Source: Bacteroidales bacterium
GTDB lineage: Bacteria > Bacteroidota > Bacteroidia > Bacteroidales > NBLH01
NCBI GenBank assembly: GCA_021647685.1
Contig: JAKIUH010000002.1
Span: 1-42,842 of the forward strand
Length of the DNA stretch: 42,842 bases
Direction: 5' to 3'
The position numbers and the translations under genes are program-made. A model generated the notes under the pieces. The model did no database searches and was not told the origin of the DNA. It worked only from the letters and a program-made list of their open reading frames with translations. Each line of letters opens with the position of its first letter. The first letter of the stretch is position 1. Positions 16,794 through 26,106 of the stretch are shown here, piece by piece.

Positions 16794-19121
16794 CTATAAT
16801 GCCACACCTTCCATAGATTTTTCCAACGCTCGTGCATGAGAAAGGAAATAATCTACATTCATCTCCTTAAAGTATAATAAGCCATGACTTACTCTTACCA
16901 TAGGACTTTTATTCAAATAAAAATAATCTTTACCCAATAATAATTGAATATCTTTCAATTGTTCTACCCATATTTTTTGAGTTAATGTACTAAATTTGCC
17001 ATCCAACATATAGCTTGGAAACGATGCATTTACTTGACTGATGTAACAGTTGGTAAATGCATTGTCCAAGACCGCCATTGCGTTTAATGAAACCGGAACA
17101 ATCACCTCTGCCTCAGCAGGATGAAAACGATACCAAACATTTCGGTATCCCCAGATTCGTAAATTTGATAAATCTTCTTCTTTACTCCACAAGCGAACAG
17201 CTTCGGCAATTGCTTGCAGTACTTTATAATGAGTATCCGGACCGCTGCCTTCCGGATCAAGAGCCAAACTAATTACCGTGGGTTTAATTTTTCGCAACAT
17301 TTCCAAAATAGGAATTACATCGCGTGTTCGTTCGGGTTGTTCTGTGAAAATATCTCCTGTATAGAAACCAAGTCGCATGTGATGTACATTTTTTACTTGT
17401 ACCCCAAAATGTGCCCAAACCAATTCCTCCTCAAACTCGCGTATCATTCCTTTGAGTTTTTGCACTTTTACAGGATTTTTTTGTCCATCATAACTCCTTT
17501 TTAAAACGGCAATTACATCATTAATGGTGTAGCGCAATTCATCTTTGTCTTTTACTTCGTAAATTTCAACAATAGCACGTACTACTCTATGGCATAAGCC
17601 CCTCCTCTGCCCTATCGGGTCTTGTGCCGCCACTTTGTTCAGATAATGATAAACATCTTTATCCCACTTGTATTTATATCCTGTTTCAAAAAAATCGCTG
17701 TAGTTTACCATTTCAATTTTACCAATATCCAAAAAATGTTTTGTATCGCGTAAAACATCAATTACAAAATGATTGGTAACTGCGGTAAAACCTGAAGTAA
17801 GTACAGTAAAATGAAAAACATTGCTTGCTTCACGCAACTGACGATTAATATGGGGAAGTATTCCTAACATAATATCATCATGGTGAGGTCCGGTATGGTA
17901 ATAAGTCTGTTCTTTTTCTCGCTGCATTCCTTTTTGCAGTTTTGCAGATATTGAGTCAATTACCGATTGAACAGTTTCTTCGTTTAAGCCGGGTATTAAT
18001 TTGCAATAACGGTCGCTTTTTAAGTCATTTAAAACCAAATGATGTCCGTACTTATCCAATCTTTTACAGAGGTTTATAACTGCCCGTTCAGTTTTTTCAT
18101 GTGTCCATTCTCCCTCTTCATAATACCTATCTAAGCTGTCGGTAAGGAAAGCTGCTGCACTTTTTGTGGTGTAAAAACGTGCAAAAGGCAATTTATGCAA
18201 TACCGTTGCCGGATATACATTGCTTGGCTCATTTTCCAAAGCATCTTTTACAACATTTGCTTTAGCTTCTCCGGCAGCAATTATTATTGCCGTAGCATCT
18301 TCTTTATAAGTAATGGTTTCTAAACCTATTGTTATTACCAAACGATTTTTTGAAATTTCAATACCTCCCAAATCGCCTGCAGCAACAGCCTGTGTTTCAA
18401 AGTTTGTAGAGGTCAGCCGTGTGGTTGAATAATGGTCAGACCCACGTGTATTGAAAGCAATGTGCCCATCGGGACCTATTCCGCCAAGGAAAAAACCAAT
18501 ACCGCCTAAATCACGAATTTTTTGTTCGTATTGTGTACACCAATCATCAATCATAAAGATTGATTTTTGTTGTAAACATTCTTCTTGATTTTTACAATCG
18601 CGATATCTTAATGATAAATCAACAATTGAATCAGGAAAAATTTCCGAAAAATGTTTTCCTTCTGCTAATGTAATTTCATCAGAATTAATCAATAATGCTT
18701 TATTTCGGTCTAATCCGAAAGCATCGATATAAAAATTATTAACATAGTTAAAAAAACTATTAGCTTGCTCGGATCGAATCGGGTAAAATTCATCAATTTG
18801 TACAAAATGCAAACCCGATAAATCCGGTTTTTTTTCAATAATTAAGCCGTATTTGGCTCTTACTTCCTTTGCTTGTTTTGTGTTCCAGTTTTCAAGCATA
18901 AACTGTGTCCACTTTATGAAGTGTTCGGGAGTTTTTCCGGTAGGAAGACTTATTACTCCATTTTGATTTTCGGACATCCATTCTAAAAACCTAAGGGCTG
19001 TAAAAAGTCCTAGTTTAGGAAAGTTTTCAACGGTTATGTAGGGCATGCGAGTAGTCATTTTTTTCATGCCCGATAACTCAAAGAATTTTTTTTCTACTGA
19101 TGAAAAGTTTGAAATGTTCAT
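16794..19121 (-). CDS. nagB: long-form glucosamine-6-phosphate deaminase fused to an LmbE/PIG-L-like deacetylase-type domain
   Basis: The N-terminal half has NagB landmarks (LPTGKTPEHF, DEFYPI, GGIGPDGHIAFNTRGS). The C-terminal half carries GPHHDDIMLG, resembling the PIG-L/LmbE metal-binding motif. Confidence 0.8.
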   Translation of the reverse strand: MNISNFSSVEKKFFELSGMKKMTTRMPYITVENFPKLGLFTALRFLEWMSENQNGVISLPTGKTPEHFIKWTQFMLENWNTKQAKEVRAKYGLIIEKKPDLSGLHFVQIDEFYPIRSEQANSFFNYVNNFYIDAFGLDRNKALLINSDEITLAEGKHFSEIFPDSIVDLSLRYRDCKNQEECLQQKSIFMIDDWCTQYEQKIRDLGGIGFFLGGIGPDGHIAFNTRGSDHYSTTRLTSTNFETQAVAAGDLGGIEISKNRLVITIGLETITYKEDATAIIIAAGEAKANVVKDALENEPSNVYPATVLHKLPFARFYTTKSAAAFLTDSLDRYYEEGEWTHEKTERAVINLCKRLDKYGHHLVLNDLKSDRYCKLIPGLNEETVQSVIDSISAKLQKGMQREKEQTYYHTGPHHDDIMLGILPHINRQLREASNVFHFTVLTSGFTAVTNHFVIDVLRDTKHFLDIGKIEMVNYSDFFETGYKYKWDKDVYHYLNKVAAQDPIGQRRGLCHRVVRAIVEIYEVKDKDELRYTINDVIAVLKRSYDGQKNPVKVQKLKGMIREFEEELVWAHFGVQVKNVHHMRLGFYTGDIFTEQPERTRDVIPILEMLRKIKPTVISLALDPEGSGPDTHYKVLQAIAEAVRLWSKEEDLSNLRIWGYRNVWYRFHPAEAEVIVPVSLNAMAVLDNAFTNCYISQVNASFPSYMLDGKFSTLTQKIWVEQLKDIQLLLGKDYFYLNKSPMVRVSHGLLYFKEMNVDYFLSHARALEKSMEGVAL

Positions 19122-19157
19122 ATTTAATTGTTGCTGTTATTATAAAATTTAAAAATT

Positions 19158-19178
19158 GGGCAGGCTCTTTGCCTGCCC
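19158..19178 (-). terminator. GC-rich hairpin 10 bp downstream of the susD stop
   Basis: gggcagg ctctttg cctgccc has a perfect 7-bp GC-rich stem. On the minus strand it is followed by aatttttaaatttt. Confidence 0.5.
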
Positions 19179-19187
19179 TTAAAAAAA

Positions 19188-20900
19188 TTATTTTTGCCAC
19201 CAAAGTTTTGTGTTTTGCACATCAGAACCTTGACGATTAATTGCTTCTTGTAAATTTGAACCGTTTGTATTATAAGCAGAACTACCGTAGCGCATACGCG
19301 TAGGATAATCTCCATTTATATCACCTAATCCAAAAATTATCGGGTCATTTACTCCTTGACTTAATTCAGTGGGATAACCTGTTTTACGAACAATAGCCCA
19401 TGCTTCAAAACCGTCGGTGTATTTGCCAATCCATCGTTGTACTGCAATTCTTTCCATTTGCTGATCTTGCGATAATCCGGTAATATTTCCCCAAGATGAT
19501 GTAGCTAAATAATTATCAATTGCAGCATCATCAACTCCCCATAGTTTCATTTCTTGACGGATACCTTCTTGATATGCAGCATTTGCATCACCGGAAGCTT
19601 GACCAAGAACAATGGCTTCTGCTTTTAACAAAGATGCTTCACCGGAAGTTAAAATTAACTCAGGAAATGGTTTTTTACCTTGATTCTTTTGCTGATATAC
19701 CCATTCAGAAGGTTTACTCCAAAATTCAGCTCTAACATAAGTTTTTATATCAGCATTTAATCGTGTTGGTTGACCAATGTAATAAGTATTTGCAGGTATA
19801 TCAAACTTTACGCTGTCTTGTCCGTATTCAGTGTAAAAGTTTGTATTTCCAATAGCATCAGCAATAGCATCACGTAAAAAGTGCATACGGTCGAAAAAGT
19901 TATCGTAACCATCTTGATTATCAGCAGCATCCGGTCTGGTAAATACAAAAGTACCCCCTTCGGCAGGTTGTGCATATTTTTCTAATCGAGGATCGTTATT
20001 ATCGCGTAAATAGTCAATTAATGTTTTGCTAAGTCTCCATCCGGAGCCGCCATCGGGTCCGCAGCAATACCATACATCACCATAACAAGCACTTCCCCAT
20101 TGAGAAATTTCTTCATCTTTAATTAAAAGTACGTTATCACTTTCACCGGATAATAATGGATTGCTTAAAGCTTCCTGAATAGCAGTACTTGAAAAATCAT
20201 CACCTGTGGCACCGTGTGCACGCAAAGCAATTCTAAGTTTCAAGGAGTTGGCTAATCTTTTCCATTTCTGCAAATCACCATTACAGTATAGGTCATTTTC
20301 TCCTAAATCATTTACTCCATCACCGGTGCGCTCGTTATCACCAATAATTTGCATAGCTTTATCTAAATCGGCTATAATACCTTTGTAGATATCTTTTTGA
20401 GCATCAAATTTTGGCAATGTTATATCAGGATCGGCAGCTTGTGAATAAGGAATATCTCCAAACACATCTGTGTACATTTGAAAATATAAACCTTTCATAA
20501 TTAATCCTGTAGCATACATTAGTTCGTTTTCAAAATCACCACCTTTGTCAGTTAGTCTCATAAAATTATCTAACTGACCTAAGTATCCTGCAAGCCAATC
20601 CCATGTAGCATCAGTATAACCTGAATGATAGGAATATCCTAATTCATCAGACCACCAAATTTGATGATTTCCAAAACATACTTGACCGGAATACCTGTCC
20701 ATATGAATTAAATGCGCTCTCCAATAAGGATAACGATTTGGAGCATAAAGATTAAATTGAGGATTCGTAATGAAATACCGTGCACTTGCCTCCTCCTTCG
20801 TAACCGCATTTGGGTCTTTATTTATTTTGGTGAAATCATCCGTACATGAACTCAAACCAAATACGATTATCAATCCTAATAATATTGTGATTTTTTTCAT
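19188..20900 (-). CDS. susD: SusD/RagB-family nutrient-binding outer-membrane lipoprotein
   Basis: Lipoprotein signal MKKITILLGLIIVFGLSSC, 570 aa, TPR-like helical content, and position 12 bp downstream of the SusC-like gene. Confidence 0.85.
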   Translation of the reverse strand: MKKITILLGLIIVFGLSSCTDDFTKINKDPNAVTKEEASARYFITNPQFNLYAPNRYPYWRAHLIHMDRYSGQVCFGNHQIWWSDELGYSYHSGYTDATWDWLAGYLGQLDNFMRLTDKGGDFENELMYATGLIMKGLYFQMYTDVFGDIPYSQAADPDITLPKFDAQKDIYKGIIADLDKAMQIIGDNERTGDGVNDLGENDLYCNGDLQKWKRLANSLKLRIALRAHGATGDDFSSTAIQEALSNPLLSGESDNVLLIKDEEISQWGSACYGDVWYCCGPDGGSGWRLSKTLIDYLRDNNDPRLEKYAQPAEGGTFVFTRPDAADNQDGYDNFFDRMHFLRDAIADAIGNTNFYTEYGQDSVKFDIPANTYYIGQPTRLNADIKTYVRAEFWSKPSEWVYQQKNQGKKPFPELILTSGEASLLKAEAIVLGQASGDANAAYQEGIRQEMKLWGVDDAAIDNYLATSSWGNITGLSQDQQMERIAVQRWIGKYTDGFEAWAIVRKTGYPTELSQGVNDPIIFGLGDINGDYPTRMRYGSSAYNTNGSNLQEAINRQGSDVQNTKLWWQK

Positions 20901-20912
20901 CTTTTTTAAACT

Positions 20913-23900
20913 TTAAAATTTAATATTTAGGTTGAAGCCAAAGCTTCTGGTTGTCGGCATATTATAATATAACATACCTTGTGCGAAGTTACTTGTACTG
21001 TAACTAGATTCAGGATCAAAATTTTCAATATCTTTCATTATGAAAAATAAATTACGTGCAATAAACCCAATAGAAACAGACTGGATAAAGTTTCCTTTGA
21101 TTACTGATTTTGGAAGTGAGTAAATTAAAGAAACTTCTCTTAAACGAATGTTTGTTTGGTCGTAAATATAATCTGCTGCTACACGGTTTTGCCAATATTC
21201 TTGACCTGTAATTGCATTTGTATTTGTTTCGTAAACAGGATTTTCAGATGTTCCCGTATTTACAACGCCATCAATGGTAACATCATTCTCACGATATTGT
21301 AAAGAACGCTTACTAACACCAAGTGCATCCATTGCAGCATCGGTACCTGAATAAAGTTGTCCGCCTATTCTAAAATCAATTAAAAAGTCTAATGAAAGAT
21401 TCTTGTAAGATAAAGTATTTTTTAAACCAGCCAACCAGTCAGGTTGATAGTTCCCTAATAATTGTTTTTCAGAAGCGGCAATGGGTCTTCCTGTAGCATC
21501 AACCACAATCTTTCCATTAGGGTCACGTTCATAAACAGTTCCCCAAATTTCACCAAACTGACCGCCAACAGTTGCTTGTACTACAACATTACCCGAATTA
21601 GTTGTACTAAAAATAAAGTTATCAATATCTTCTGCTAATTCAACTAAACGGTTATTATTCTTAGAAAAGTTAAAAGAAACTTCCCAACGGAAATCATTGC
21701 TAATTACAGGGGTTCCGCCAATCATAAATTCAGCTCCTTCGTTAACCATTAAACCAACATTTTCTCTGAATTTGTCATATCCGGTAGATGCAGGCACCGG
21801 AACGTCCATAATTAAGTCTTTTGATTCAATTTTATAATATGAGAAATCTCCAAATAAACGGTGGTTAAACATGCTAAACTCGATACCAATTTCGTTCGAA
21901 GTAGTTGTTTCCGGCTTAAGTTCAGGATTCATTTTAACTGAAGGACGACTCAAAGTTGTTAAACCTAAATAGCCTTCTTGTTGTAGGATATATGAATCTT
22001 CTAACTGATAGGGTGAAGTATCATTACCAACTTGTGCCCAACTTCCACGAACTTTAAATAAATCAAAGTTGTTTCCAAAAAACGGAATCATTTGATCTAA
22101 AAGTAAGGATAAGCTAACTGATGGGTAAAAATAAGACCAGTTATCTTCAGGTAAAGTAGAAGACCAATCATTACGTCCTGAAATATCAAGATAAATCATA
22201 TTCTTATACGAAATTGAAGCATTTCCATATAAAGAGTGAACTTTTTTCTCTTGTAAGGGACGATAATAAGGTTTTAAAATTTGTGCACTTTCAGTTGTTG
22301 GTTTTGTAGGGATTTTAAAATCTTCGCCATAAACACTTTGATAAATATAAGTATTGTACCTGGAATTTCCTCCAAGATTTACTGAAAGGTTAATATCAGA
22401 ACCTAAATCTTTGTTAAGCATTAAAAGAAAATCTGCATTTGTTTCCGTAACCGTGCGATCGCTATAATTAAATCTACCTGTTGCAAAAAACCAATGTCCG
22501 TAGTTATCAACTGTTTCAATACGTTGTGAAACACGGTCGGTACCAATACGTACAAAAGCTGATAACCAATCGGTAAATTCATATTGTGCTTTTGCAAATC
22601 CTTGAATACGATTTCTGGTATCATACCTTCTATCGTTATAAAGTATCCAATAAGGATTTCCACTTGACGATGACCAAGAGTTTACAGAATAATCTGTATT
22701 TTGATAGTCTCTTAAATCTTCAAAGTCTGTATTTCTGGGTGCTCCATATACATATGCCAAAATACCTTCTGTTCCTTGTGTTGCACGATTATTTGCTTCT
22801 TGTAGGAAATAGGTAACTTTAGCATCTAAACTTAGTTTACCCATCTTAGTACTTCCACGTAAATTAAAATTGTTTTTACGTAAATATGAATTTTCCAACA
22901 AACCATTTACATTATTGTTGGTATATGAAAAACGAACACTTGAATTTTCATTACCGGCATCAAGAGCTATTGTGTTAATATAGCTGTGACCGGTTCTAAA
23001 AAAATCTTTTACATTATCAGGCTGGGGACTAAAAGGTTTTGTTTCTCCATTCCAGTATAAACGATTTTGACCGTCCATTAGCTCCCCAAGAAGAACCATT
23101 AGCTCTTAAAGTAGCTAAATCTGTAGGAGTATCTCCAAGAGTTCCTTGTCCGTACTCATCTTGAAAAGCAGGTAATAATAATGGGTTTTCCCATACTGCT
23201 TGTGATGAAAAGTTAACACCCAGTCCTTTAGTCTTACGTCCTTTTTTTGTGGTAATAAGCACTACTCCGTTTGCAGCTCTTGAACCATAAAGTGCAGCAG
23301 CATTAGGACCTTTCAAAACTGAAATTGATTCAATATCATCAGGGTTCAAATCAGAAATACCGGTACCAAAATCAGAGCGTTTGTAGTTAGCGGTAGTTGA
23401 GCCGTCTGCCGAACCAAATCCTGAGTTGTCAATCGGGATACCATCTACTACATACAATGGTTGGTTGTTTCCTGTAAGTGAGTTGTTGCCTCGAATAATC
23501 ACACGTGTACCAGCTCCAACGCCACCTGTTGATTGGGTTAATGTTACCCCTGCAATCCTACCTGCTAATGAATTAACAACATTTGTTTCTTTTACTTTAG
23601 TGATTTCATCACCACTAACTTCGGTAACAGAATAGCCCAATGCTTTTTTCTCTTTTGAAATACCTAAGGCTGTTACCACCACGTCTTCAAGAGCCACATC
23701 AGATGTGTTTAGAGCAACATTAATTACTGTTTGGTTGCCTACTTGAACGGTTTTGGTTTCATAACCCAAAAAAGAAAAACTTAGAGAAGCATTGTTATCC
23801 GGAACTTTCAAAGAATAGTTACCATCCAAATCGGTAATGGTTCCTTGCGAAGTTCCAACAACAGCAATATTAACTCCGGGCAAAGGAGAGCCGTCAGAAG

Positions 23901-23997
23901 CATCTGTAACCTTTCCCGTAATTGTACGCTCCTGAGCGTACAAGCTGCTACTTAATGCAAATAAAAGCATTAAAGCAGAAATCACGATTTTTTTCAT
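20913..23997 (-). pseudogene. susC: SusC/RagA-type TonB-linked outer-membrane transporter, split by a frameshift
   Basis: ORF 23029-23997 encodes a signal peptide, a CarboxypepD_reg domain (GKVTDASDGSPLPGVNIAV) and a plug domain. ORF 20913-23099 encodes the barrel and ends in ...FGFNLNIKF. The two frames overlap at 23029-23099. Adding one G to the G4 run (C-run 23084-23087 on the plus strand) gives a continuous ...ANGSSWGELMDGQNRLYWNGETKPF... protein of about 1030 aa. Confidence 0.8.
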
Positions 23998-24031
23998 AAA
24001 GTTAAAGTTAGATTAATAATTACAATTAATA

Positions 24032-24066
24032 GAAAAAAATATATGCTTGATTTTTTAAATCAAAGC
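24032..24066 (-). terminator. putative terminator after the ROK regulator gene
   Basis: The hairpin gcttgattt / aaatcaaagc (24045-24066, one bulge) is followed on the minus strand by atatattttttt. Confidence 0.45.
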
Positions 24067-24081
24067 ATTATAAATTTACTT

Positions 24082-25305
24082 TTATTTTTCAAATATATTT
24101 TCACTAACCATTGCAACAGCACCTAAAATATTCGCATTTGTTCCTAATTTAGATATTTGAATTTTGGTTTGATTTCTTAATTTAGGAATACTGTAATGAT
24201 TTAAAGCTTGCTCAATCGGAGTTAAAAGATATTGATTTGCTTCAGCAACTCTGCCTCCCAAAATAATCAGTTCAGGATTAAAAAGTTGAATCAAAGTGGC
24301 AATTCCTTTTCCTAATTCAAAGCCGACTTTTGCAATAATAGAGATTGCAAATTGGTCACCTTCATTTGCCGCTTCAATAATTGTTTTGGGTATTAATTCT
24401 TGTCCGTCAATAATTTTATGAGCGAGAATTGAATTTCTTCCTTGTGTAATCCCTTCTTTTGCTAAGCGAACCAATGCTGTACCGGAAGCAACTGTTTCCA
24501 AACAACCTTGCTTACCACATTGGCATAATAAACCATTTTCAACTAATGGTATATGACTAAACTCTCCTGCAAAACCGGAAGTACCTCTGTACAATTCTTT
24601 ATTAATAATCATTCCCAAACCAACACCCCAGCCAACATGTAGAACAAGAGTGTTTTTTGTTCCCTTTGCCAAACCATAACGATATTCGGCTAATGTTCTT
24701 GCATTTGCATCATTTTCAATATAAACCGGCAATTCAAATAAGTCCTCAAAACGTTTTGCTAAAGTGTTTTCGGCATCATAAAAATAAGTGTAATTAATAC
24801 CTTTCTCAGCATCAATTAAACCGGGCATATCTATGCCAACACCTATTAAACGTTCTCTATCAATTCCTGATTTGTTAATCAAATTATTAGCAAGCTGATA
24901 AATTTTATTAATTAAATTACTATTATCTTCCAGTAACAAAGGATAATTAATAAATTCTGATACATTTTCCAGCTTGGTGTTAAAAATACCGATTTTTGTC
25001 GTAAAGCGTCCAATATCAATACCCAAAATATAGAATACGTTATCTTGCAAACCATAAAGATTAGGTCTTCTACCACCGCTTGAATCACCTTGTCCTTGCT
25101 CTATAATAACATTTGCATTAATTAATTCGTTGATTATACTACTAATTGTTGGAATACTTGATTTAAGTTTTTTACTAATTTCAGCAGCCGATTTGGGACC
25201 ATGAAAATAAAGATACCTTACAATGCGTCTTTTTAGCAGATGTTTCTTTTTTTCCACATTGCTTAAAGATTTCAGCGTACTTTTTGGTTCAATTAAAAAA
25301 TTCAT
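24082..25305 (-). CDS. ROK-family transcriptional regulator (NagC/Mlc-like, N-terminal wHTH)
   Basis: N-terminal HTH region (IVRYLYFHGPKSAAEISKKLKSSIPTISSIINELI), ROK sugar-kinase fold (GIDIG, GIDMPG) and the zinc motif CQCGKQGCLETVASG. Confidence 0.85.
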   Translation of the reverse strand: MNFLIEPKSTLKSLSNVEKKKHLLKRRIVRYLYFHGPKSAAEISKKLKSSIPTISSIINELINANVIIEQGQGDSSGGRRPNLYGLQDNVFYILGIDIGRFTTKIGIFNTKLENVSEFINYPLLLEDNSNLINKIYQLANNLINKSGIDRERLIGVGIDMPGLIDAEKGINYTYFYDAENTLAKRFEDLFELPVYIENDANARTLAEYRYGLAKGTKNTLVLHVGWGVGLGMIINKELYRGTSGFAGEFSHIPLVENGLLCQCGKQGCLETVASGTALVRLAKEGITQGRNSILAHKIIDGQELIPKTIIEAANEGDQFAISIIAKVGFELGKGIATLIQLFNPELIILGGRVAEANQYLLTPIEQALNHYSIPKLRNQTKIQISKLGTNANILGAVAMVSENIFEK

Positions 25306-25391
25306 AATCGTTCAGGTCATAAATCGGTTCAAGTTAAACCTAAATTGAGCGATTATAATCACTTATTTTAGATTTAAAATCAAAAACAGAA

Positions 25392-25399
25392 CAAAGATA
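25392..25399 (-). promoter_or_regulatory. possible TAnnTTTG -7 box for the ROK regulator
   Basis: The plus-strand caaagata is the reverse complement of tatctttg (TAnnTTTG), 87 bp upstream of the start at 25305. Confidence 0.25.
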
Positions 25400-25840
25400 A
25401 AATGAAATTTTTTAAAAAACAACAAAACTTAATAAAAATTTTTAAAAAGTATTTCAATAATTATAATAATTTAATATAAGTTAATTATTATTTAACCATA
25501 AACCCGCAACTATCTCCTACTGCAAAGCCAAACAGAGCATCATTATTTGGAATGCTTGTTTTCGATACTCATCATAACTAATGCTATATTTGTGTGTATC
25601 AAAACTGCAATACGCCAGTACTAATGCTCATCTGCCAGTGGTCGAACAAGTTTTTTGGCTTTTCGCTACGAACATCAGAACAACTGACTCATGTGCTTTT
25701 ATAGTATTAATAATCAGCACATAATGGTATATCAGATTGGATTTAAGAATGAACCCTCTTTTGCACTAAAGGTGCAGGATAAAATAGCATTGGGCAAAGC
25801 CCGATGATTATTAATTACCATGCAAGCAAACACCAAAGAT

Positions 25841-25935
25841 AGGTGCGGGATACAAATCTTTTTTATCCACAGATTAATCGGATTTACGCAGATTTTTACT
25901 TCGTAAAATTTATTTTTGGGGCTCATCTTAATTCC
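25841..25935 (-). repeat. dispersed intergenic repeat, copy 2 (inverted relative to copy 1)
   Basis: The reverse complement of 25881-25934 matches 14601-14654 at 45/54 positions. Flanking blocks (ttttttatc, atacaa, aggtgc) mirror gataaaaaa, ttgtat and gcacct of copy 1. Confidence 0.5.
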
Positions 25936-25977
25936 TTAAAGGTCAGTTGTTCTGAACATAGTTTTCAGATTTATGAT

Positions 25978-26047
25978 TTAAAAAAAGCAAGCTGTTTTAA
26001 AACAACTTGCTTTATTCCTCATTATTATGCTTCGCATAATAATGAGG
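25978..26047 (-). terminator. tandem hairpins / terminator downstream of the S8 peptidase gene
   Basis: A perfect 14-bp stem cctcattattatgc / gcataataatgagg (26017-26047) is followed on the minus strand by a second hairpin (26011-25986, aagcaagttgtt / aacagcttgctt, one mismatch) and then a run of T (plus-strand A-run 25978-25986). Confidence 0.6.
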
Positions 26048-26106
26048 GCAATTTTTCATAAGTACTGATGTAAACTTGTTAATTGGAAAATATAAATTAT
26101 CTGCTT

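Noticed and set aside
19124-19315. 63-aa minus-strand ORF spanning the susD 3' end and the susD-nagB spacer.
   Set aside because: It overlaps the susD coding end in another frame and runs through the GC hairpin. There is no independent support.
25732-26061. Two overlapping short ORFs (64 aa on the minus strand, 72 aa on the plus strand) in the ROK/S8 gap.
   Set aside because: They overlap each other, the dispersed repeat copy and the S8 terminator hairpins. The peptides read like translated repeat or terminator DNA.
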